Positions 33,921-41,924 of a DNA stretch of 41,924 nt are shown here, piece after piece (the first letter of the stretch is position 1; the number at the start of each line of letters is the position of its first letter). The notes below the pieces were generated by a model that saw only the letters and a list, made by a program, of their open reading frames with translations, had not been told where the DNA came from and ran no database searches. This DNA comes from Octopus sinensis (lineage: Eukaryota). Both the position numbers and the translations under genes were made by a program. Where the stretch lies: the NCBI RefSeq assembly GCF_006345805.1, contig NW_021836859.1, positions 1-41,924 on the forward strand, in the 5' to 3' direction.

Positions 33921-34554
33921 TTTATCCTTTGTTTTCTACAAGCACCCATCGATTTCAATCTCAACAGCAAAACAAATTTTGGTCTTTCTGGCTACACATA
34001 CCAAAACAATGTCCCAAAAAGGTTAATGTCTACTCTGGGTGCTCTTTTACAAGGCACCAGCATTAGTGAGGTTGCCAAAGCAGCTTGTACAGGGAAGAAC
34101 CCTGAGAGAGGCAGCTTTATGCTAGGTGAAGGCTTAAAGTATGGGAGAAAGGGCCAGATCAAAGTAGGTTTACTTACTGTAGAGGGACCACATGACTACT
34201 TGTATTTTTGAAGAGAGGATGTAGGGCGATTGGTATGAAGCAAGGATGAGATTAAATAGTAGGGATGACCTTCAAGGTACAAGGTGAATAAAGTGAGTGA
34301 GAAGAGAACAGAGTGGGAGGGGTGAGTTTGTAGAGTATATGGGAGAATGAGAGGTTGGGAATGGGTGAGGAGGTATGAGTGAAGAACAAGTGTTGAATGG
34401 AAAAAAGTAGAGGAAGGGAGAGTAGGTGACAACTGTAGAGACTGGATAGGTTGAGGGCTGGATGTAGTGAATGGTGGGTAAGGCTTGGGGGCAGGATGAC
34501 CATAGATAATGGTGGGAGGGTTGAAGGGTACCGAAATGATAATGATGATACAGC

Positions 34555-34982
34555 TTCCATGCCAGTGGCACATAAAAGGCACCATTCGAGTGTGATCGTT
34601 ACCAGCTTCGCTTTACTGGCACTTGTGCCCCGTGCTAGTAGGCTGCGAAGAGTACCACCCGAGTGTGATCGTTGCCAGAGCAGCCTACTGGCATCTGTGC
34701 CGGTGGCATGTAGGAGGCATCATTTCAACAAGATTGTTACCAGCATTGCCTTACTGGCAACTCTGCTGTTGGCATGTGTAAAAAGATTCGAGCGAGGTCG
34801 TTGCCAGTACTGCCTGACTGGCCCCTCTTGGAGTGGTTGGCGTTAGGAAGGGCATCCGGCTGTAGAAACTCTGCCAGATCAAAACTGGAGCCTGGTGCAG
34901 CCATTTGGTTCGCCATCCCTCAGTCAAACTACCCAACCCATGCTAGCATGGAAAATGGACGTTAAACGATGATGATGATGAT
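34555..34982 (+). mobile_element. Retroposon 3' portion with internal 65-73-bp tandem units and a (GAT)n tail
   Basis: The tail ccaacccatgctagcatggaaa...cgttaaacgatgatgat also occurs inverted at about 33678-33780 and, degenerate, at about 35480-35535. Confidence 0.75.
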
Positions 34983-35027
34983 ACAGTAGAGAGAGAGAAA
35001 GAGAGAGAGAGAGAGAGTTCAATGTAC

Positions 35028-35228
35028 CTGTTTTATTTTGCCTGCACATTCTTTGAAGTCTTCATACTCCATGCTGCATTCTTTGTTCAAATGGAAGCGG
35101 CCGTAACCGACTCGTGAGACACACCTGTAGAAATCCAGCTCAAGGTCACCACACTGTGTAAACTGGTGATTGAACCAATGCTCTGACATTTTCGTCAGTG
35201 GATTGTAGAGAAGTGGTGCTGAAGTCAT
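35028..35228 (-). CDS. NDUFS5: NADH dehydrogenase (ubiquinone) Fe-S protein 5, first coding exon
   Basis: Acceptor t10-gcag| 8 nt before the ATG; donor CAG|gtacat. Twin CX9C motifs CGDLELDFYRC and CSMEYEDFKEC with the G-x-x-R linker. Confidence 0.95.
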
Positions 35229-35570
35229 CTTTTATTCTGCAAAAAAAAAATTGTTGCTAGGAATTATATAATTCTTCAAAATGGTAAACAATTCTAGAAA
35301 TCAGATTAACATTTCTTGGACAATTAACCCTTCAGCATTCAAACCGGTCATATCCAGCAAAAACATGCTCCCTGTCTTTTTGTTCAAACTGATAAGGAGT
35401 GAGATGTTCTCATTTGCCCCCGACCCCCACTGGATGGGTAGTGTCTTAGAACAGGAGGGACAAGGACTGTGATGACTTGTCCAACCCATACCAGCATGGA
35501 AAACCTATCTAAAACGTTGATGATTATGATGATGGCATTTGCACTGTGTTTTCATCAGGTCAATCTGTGG

Positions 35571-35878
35571 AGGCACATGGCCTAGTGGTTAGAGCAGAGG
35601 ACTTGCGGTCGAGGGATCGCGGGTTCGAATCTCAGACCGGGCGATGTGTGTGTTTATGAGCGAAACACCTAATCTCCATGTTGCTTCGGCAGAAGGTAAC
35701 AGCGAGACTTCTGCTGACTCTTTCGCCACAACTTTCTCTCACTCTTTCCTCCTGCATCTTGCAGCTCACCTGCGACAGACCGGCGTCCTGTCCAGGTGGG
35801 GAACCTATATGCCAAGAAACCGGGAGACTGGCCCTTATGAGCCAGGCATGGCTCAAGGAGGAACAAACAACAAAGGTC
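35571..35878 (+). mobile_element. tRNA-derived SINE family B
   Basis: ggaggcacatggcctagtggttagagcagaggacttgcggtcgagggatcgcgggttcgaatc head; tail gaaaccgggagactggccc...aacaaacaacaa. Confidence 0.85.
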
Positions 35879-36571
35879 AATCTCTGATTGTCAGTAGGTG
35901 CCTTATTTCTGAATAAATACATGTATGTGTCAAAGGCCCAGTTGATAAGAGTGTTACTGACTTTAGGTCAGAACTACAGATCCTCAGTTCAAATCCAGTG
36001 TGGTACTATATATATATTTAAAATTCAGTTTTTGAAATTAATAGATATGCAGGTATTTTATTTCAAATAATACAAAAAAATAATCTAATGAGTATATCTG
36101 AAGGTAAATTCATGGTATCTATTTGCACATCACGAAAGGATATACTTTAAGCCTTTAGCATTTAAACCGGCCAAAGGTATTCTGCCTGTTTTATGTTCAA
36201 ACTGGCCAGATCTGGTCTCTCACACCAACCCTACAATGTCGTTTTAAAAATTAACAGCTACCTCATCAAAATCTCATAGCTACAAGATAATGCATTATTA
36301 ATTCAAAACAATGTGGATAAAAAAGCATTAATTTTGGCAGAATAATGCAAAAACTAAAGGGTTAAAGTATACCAGAAGAGTATAAAATATACTTCCAGTT
36401 ATGTAAAGTGCTTACACACACACACACACACACAGATATACGACTAGTTAAAATGTCTCCAGGCAAAAGTGTGAGTTCCACTTTCATCTGCTCCTTCACC
36501 CAAATATACAATACACACACACACATAATACATGCATACACACGCAAACATACATACAAAAATATATACAC

Positions 36572-36607
<36 letters not shown>

Positions 36608-36609
<2 letters not shown>

Positions 36610-37010
36610 TCTTTTACTTGTTTCAGTCATTTGACTGCGGCCATGCTGGAGCACCGCCTTTAGTCGAGCAACTCGACCCCGGGACTTATTCTTTTTGGAA
36701 GCCCAGTACTTATTCTATCGGTCTCTTTTTGCCGAACCGCTAGTGACGGGGACGTAAACGCACCAGCATCGGTTGTCAAGCAATGCTAGGGGAACAAACA
36801 CAGACACACAAACACACACACATACATATATACGACATATATATATATATATATATATACACCGGGACCACTGTTCGCTAGTAGTACCATAATTTTTTAA
36901 AACAAAGTAAAATAAAATACAAAAACACAAACGATCGACTAGTCACGACTAGCTAGCGCGGATGCGCACCGGGACCACTCTCCTTAAATAGTACCACACA
37001 CACACCACAC

Positions 37011-37043
<33 letters not shown>

Positions 37044-37928
37044 ATGCTTTTGTTGTGATTTGATCTAAGAACTTGTGTTGAAACTAAAGTAATTAAAGCG
37101 TGGAGGACACACGTTAGGCGTTCGAATGCAAGGAGTTTCTTATACAAAATGCAAACACGCAACGTTTGTATATATGTACAGGTAGACAGACAAGTAGATT
37201 ACCCTCAAAATCTTAAAGCGTGAGAAACACTGGAAAGTTAATTAATTAGAAAGAGAGAATCACTCGAAGGAGACTGGTCTATAGGTAAATGTTATTATTT
37301 ACTAAGTTGGTCTATAAAAAGTCTTATAAAAAATATGCGGCGTTTAATACAAAAAATATAATTTAATTTGTCTAATTTTATATAATCAAAGCTAAAATTC
37401 TGCTTAATTAAGAGAAAAACCATATTTCTCACCGTTTGGTAGATTCTCAAGGACTTCCAGAACAAAGCATCAACCTTCCACAACAACACCGGATATAACC
37501 ACTAAATGTAATTTTCTCCCTTAAAAGAGTTAGAAGTAAAGGGACGTGACTTTTCGAATATATTTGAGAGTGATCTCCCTTGATACAGAAATTTCCATTT
37601 TTTTTCTCCATAAAAAAATACATTTTATGGTTTATTTATTTATTATTCTTTTATTCTTTTGTTTTATTTTCTTTACTTGTTTCAAGTCATTTGACTGCGG
37701 CCATGCTGGAGCACGGCCTTTAGTCGAGCAAATCGACCCCAGAATTTATTCTTTGTAGGCTTAGTACTTACTCTATCAGAGCCTTTTGCCGAACCGCTAA
37801 GTTACGGGAACGTAAACACACCAGCATCGTTGGTCAAGCGATGTTGGGGAGGGGGGTGGGGCAAAGCACACATATACAAAAATACACACACACACACACA
37901 CACGCACACACACCACATACAAACACAC

Positions 37929-37982
<54 letters not shown>

Positions 37983-38365
37983 GACAGGTTTCTTTCGGTT
38001 TCCGTCTACCAAATCCACTCACAAGGTTTTGGTTGGCCCGTGGCTATAGTAGAAGACACTTGCCCAATGTGCCACGCAGTGGGACTGAACCCGGAACCAT
38101 GTGGTTCATAAGCAAGCTACTTACCACATAGCCACATTATTTAATATTAAAAAAAATAATTTGTTGCAGTGACTAGACTGCGACCATGCTGAAGTAGCGC
38201 CTTAAAAGTTTTAGTCGAGTGAATCGACCCCTGTACGTATTTAAATGTTTTTAAAGCCATGTACTTATTTTATCGGTGCCTTATGCCGAAGAGCTAAGTT
38301 GCGGGAACGTAAACCGATACCAGTTGTCAAGCGGAGGTGGGGGAATATACAAACACAAAAGCACA
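36608..38365 (-). mobile_element. Cluster of family D SINE modules
   Basis: Copies at about 36608-36835, 37668-38137 and 38165-38365, all on the minus strand. Confidence 0.8.
37433..37495 (-). other. NDUFS5: Candidate non-coding first exon of NDUFS5 (5' boundary uncertain)
   Basis: Unique, less AT-rich stretch tatccggtgttgttgtggaagg... ending in donor AACG|gtgaga; the ATG exon has an acceptor in its 5' UTR, so an upstream exon is required. Confidence 0.45.
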
Positions 38366-38384
38366 CACAAGCGCGCTTATAGAG

Positions 38385-38716
38385 AAGGGGACCCTCTTCA
38401 GTCATGAATGATCATGGGATTGAACCTGGAAAGTTGCCCTTCGCTGCACGAACCTGGGCAAGGTTGTTTGTGGAAGACCATCAGTCGCCCATGCATACCG
38501 GCCTCCCTTCTCTACGCCACCGATGTTATCCAAGGAAGAGGCAAAAGCCGATACAGCTTGGCATAAGTGACATCGGAACTCATTTCTACAGTTGAGTGAA
38601 CCGGAGCAACGTGTCTTGCTCAAGAACACAACCTGCAGCCCGGTCCGGGAATCAGGAAATTCACTAACTCATGACTGTGAGCCCGATGCCCTAAACCACA
38701 GGGCCATGACCCTTCA

Positions 38717-38718
<2 letters not shown>
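38385..38718 (-). mobile_element. Family C-type head with a different (RTE-like) tail
   Basis: Minus-strand head ...gtggtttagggcatcgggctcacagtc, central tcttgagcaagacac...gctccggttcactcaactg. Confidence 0.7.
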
Positions 38719-38764
<46 letters not shown>

Positions 38765-38861
38765 GCACATATATACATACATATATATAAATATATACAT
38801 ACATACATACGTACATACATACATACATACTACATGTATATATATATAATAATGATATATA

Positions 38862-38905
<44 letters not shown>

Positions 38906-39294
38906 AAGAAAATTTTGAGTCAAAAGGAAGAGGGAGTACATTTCAACAGGTCTATTTTGTACTCTCATACTTTCTTAAGGGAATACACCTTGCTTATAAA
39001 CTCCCTCCACACAGACGCATCCTGAGCCTTGTATCTTTGTTGGAAACCGGCTCCCTCCTCAGTGGAAAATTTATAATAATTAAAAACATAGAAGAGACAT
39101 ACATACACGCTTCTCAAAACCAGAAAAGAAAAAGCTAATTCGAAGCCCACAGGTCCAATCCATCACTGGAACTGTAAAAATCTGCAAAACTTCCCAGAAG
39201 TTTATCATTTAAATGTATATGAGCATGTCTAGATATGCAAGTATATGCGAGAAAATATATCCATAAAACAAAACATACAAATCTGCACATATAC

Positions 39295-40050
39295 GTAGAT
39301 ACATAGATACATACATACATACATATATACTTACATACATAATACATACATACATACATACATACATACATACATACATACATACACACACACACATACA
39401 TATATACATACATACATACATACAAACATACATACATACATACATACATATATACATACATACACACAGACTTACATACAAACATACATACATACATACA
39501 TACATACACACAGACATACATACAAATATACATACATACATACATACACACATACATACATACATACAAACATACATACATTCATACATACATATATACA
39601 TACATACTTACATCCATCCATACGTAGGTACATATATACATACATACATACATTCATACATACATACATACATACACACATACATACATACATACATACA
39701 CACATACATACATACATACATACACACATACATACATACATACATACATACATACATACATACATACATACATACATACATACATACATACATACATACA
39801 TACACATACATCATACATACATACATACAAACACAACACACATACATACATACACACATACATACATACATACATACATACATACACACATACATACACA
39901 CACACATACATACATACAAACATACATACATACATACATACATACATACATAACATACACACACACACACACATATATATACACATACATATATGTGTGT
40001 ATGTGTGTGTATGTGTGTGTATGTATACAAATACACACATACACACACAT
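39295..40050 (+). repeat. (CATA)n/(CA)n microsatellite, about 750 bp
   Basis: Direct inspection; source of the MYVC ORFs. Confidence 0.95.
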
Positions 40051-40510
40051 AAATATTCGCCCCTCCTCTTCTCTCTCCCGCTCCTTCTCCCCTCGGGACT
40101 TTCTTCTTTCAAAGTCTTCATATCAATTTCCGAATCTAAATATCTTAATTAAAGAAATAAAAAAAAATATTTCGATCAAAGAAACCCGAAACCCGAAATC
40201 GGGAAAAGATTGCGGTGTTTGTGACAGCAGTGACTTAGGAAACAAGTATTTCAAGAGACGTGATGGTCATCTTAATTATAGATTATAAGATGACCATCAG
40301 CCAGCGTTTCTTGACCAATGAGAATTGCTGCAGACGCAAACAAATTAGAAGATGAAGATATGCTAACGATACATCTCGTGGTCATTGCGCGTGCAGCCGC
40401 AGTAGCAGGGGCAACGGCAGCAGCAACAGCCGTAGCAGCAGCAGCAGCCGCACCAGGAGTAATTGATGATTTGCAGTTACCACTGCCGCCACCTCTATAA
40501 CCACCACCAT

Positions 40511-40577
<67 letters not shown>

Positions 40578-40714
40578 AATTCTGCTGCCGTTGCTGCTGC
40601 TGTTGTTGCTGCAAGAAGTTTAGAAGTTGCTCCAGCAGCTGTAGTAGTGGTAGTAGTGGTAGTAGTGGTGGTGGTAGTAGTAGTTGTAATAGTAGTAGTA
40701 GTAAAACAAAGCGA

Positions 40715-41025
40715 TGAACGTCGCCCTTTTGAAGCCTAGCCAGGCTCATGGGTCCGGTTTCCCGGTTTCTGTGGCGTATGTGCCCCCCCCACCCAAGCTG
40801 GACAGTCCATCGCCGTGGTACTCAAGAAACAACAGGAAGAGAGAGTGAGAGAAAGTTGGGGCGAAAGAGTACAACAGGGGTCGTCACCACCCACTACCGG
40901 AGCCTCGTGGAGCTTTTTTTGGTTGTTTTTGCTCAATAAACACACAATGCCCGGTGTGGGAATCGAAACCGCGATCTTCCGACCGCAAGTCCGCTTCCCT
41001 AACCACTGGGCCATTGCGCCTCCGG
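40715..41025 (-). mobile_element. tRNA-derived SINE family B
   Basis: Minus-strand head ggaggcgcaatggcccagtggttagggaagcggacttgcggtc. Confidence 0.85.
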
Positions 41026-41184
41026 TAGTAGTAGTAGTAGTACAATGAAATTGAAAGAGAATGATGAAGCTGCAAAACTAGAGGAAGAGAAGGGGAGGAG
41101 AAGAGAAAAGAGGAAGAGGGAGAGAAAGAGAACCAAAGAGAGAGAGAGAGAGAGAGAGATAATGTGGTATAAAACTGACATACG

Positions 41185-41191
41185 GATAGAT

Positions 41192-41278
<87 letters not shown>

Positions 41279-41283
41279 CAGAC

Positions 41284-41344
<61 letters not shown>

Positions 41345-41349
41345 CAGAC

Positions 41350-41392
<43 letters not shown>

Positions 41393-41437
41393 TAGATAGA
41401 TAGATAGAAATAGATAGATAGATAGATAGATAGATAG

Positions 41438-41528
<91 letters not shown>

Positions 41529-41552
41529 TATAGATAGATAGATGGATGGATG

Positions 41553-41609
<57 letters not shown>

Positions 41610-41622
41610 ATATAGATAGATA
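41185..41622 (+). repeat. (GATA)n microsatellite
   Basis: Direct inspection; source of the YLSI ORFs. Confidence 0.97.
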
Positions 41623-41924
41623 GAGGGAGAGAGAGAGAGAGAGAAAAGGAGAGAGAGCAAGAAAGAAAAAGGGAGAGCCAGAGAAAGAGAGATAGGGCAC
41701 AGAGAAGGAGAGCAGGGTCTGTATAAAAATTGACGAAGTATTGTAGAAAACAAAGTCTGCGACGACGAAAGAGAAGTTTTGGAATAAACATTGGTTGAAA
41801 TGAAAAGGAACTCTTCATTAATTTCTGGCAGGCAAATCTATAACCCTGCAACATGAATTCTTCAATTCTGTAAGTACTCAATTAACATCAAAAGAACCAA
41901 AATCTGTAGTTATGGCTGCTTGGA

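Noticed and set aside
34020-34530. Long P/S/L/H-rich minus-strand ORFs
   Set aside because: Antisense of a purine-rich tract; no RT or endonuclease motif was found in any frame read, so it is left unclassified.
34587-34825. CRISPR array
   Set aside because: Eukaryotic context, degenerate repeats, related spacers, no cas genes, and it is embedded in a retroposon.
11204-35640. Functional tRNA genes at SINE heads (e.g. 11204, 27631, 35571)
   Set aside because: They have A/B boxes but no 3' acceptor strand and continue into repeat bodies.
39120-39175. Possible terminal exon of another minus-strand gene (ttttacag|...SDGLDLWASN*)
   Set aside because: Too short, and no partner exons could be linked.
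985-41881. Dozens of ORFs rich in IY, YI, VC, HT, poly-I/L/N, MYVC or YLSI
   Set aside because: They are translations of microsatellites, which lack stops in some frames; no splice or homology support.
41700-41924. Possible exon near the window end (plus-strand gtaagt at 41870; start of minus ORF 41078-41881)
   Set aside because: Plus frames contain stops and the minus ORF owes its length to (TATC)n; it cannot be judged without flanking sequence.

Overview
Eukaryotic, intron-containing, very repeat-rich DNA. The tRNA-derived SINE families and the dense (AT)n/(CA)n/(AAT)n/(CATA)n/(GATA)n microsatellites look like an octopus (coleoid cephalopod) genome; this is an inference from repeat content. 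Almost all ORFs in the supplied track are microsatellite or SINE artefacts. Two genes are well supported by splice sites plus protein motifs. (1) On +, a Cys-loop ligand-binding-domain gene (exons 23144-23357, 24721-24821, 25685-25991, candidate signal exon about 22588-22669). It stops right after strand beta10, so it looks like a soluble AChBP-like protein. It lacks the vicinal cysteines and most aromatic-box residues and has a C-x10-C loop. (2) On -, NDUFS5 (35028-35228 plus 31493-31588); its best-fitting last acceptor reads TG instead of AG. A third, weaker exon chain (2650-5048, +) may encode a divergent AIG1/GIMAP-like GTPase. Mobile DNA includes at least four modular SINE families, a mariner-type transposase relic, a Tx1-like LINE fragment, hAT and TA-flanked MITEs, two Helentron-like elements, and Penelope-type repeats carrying minimal hammerhead ribozyme motifs, some in inverted pairs.
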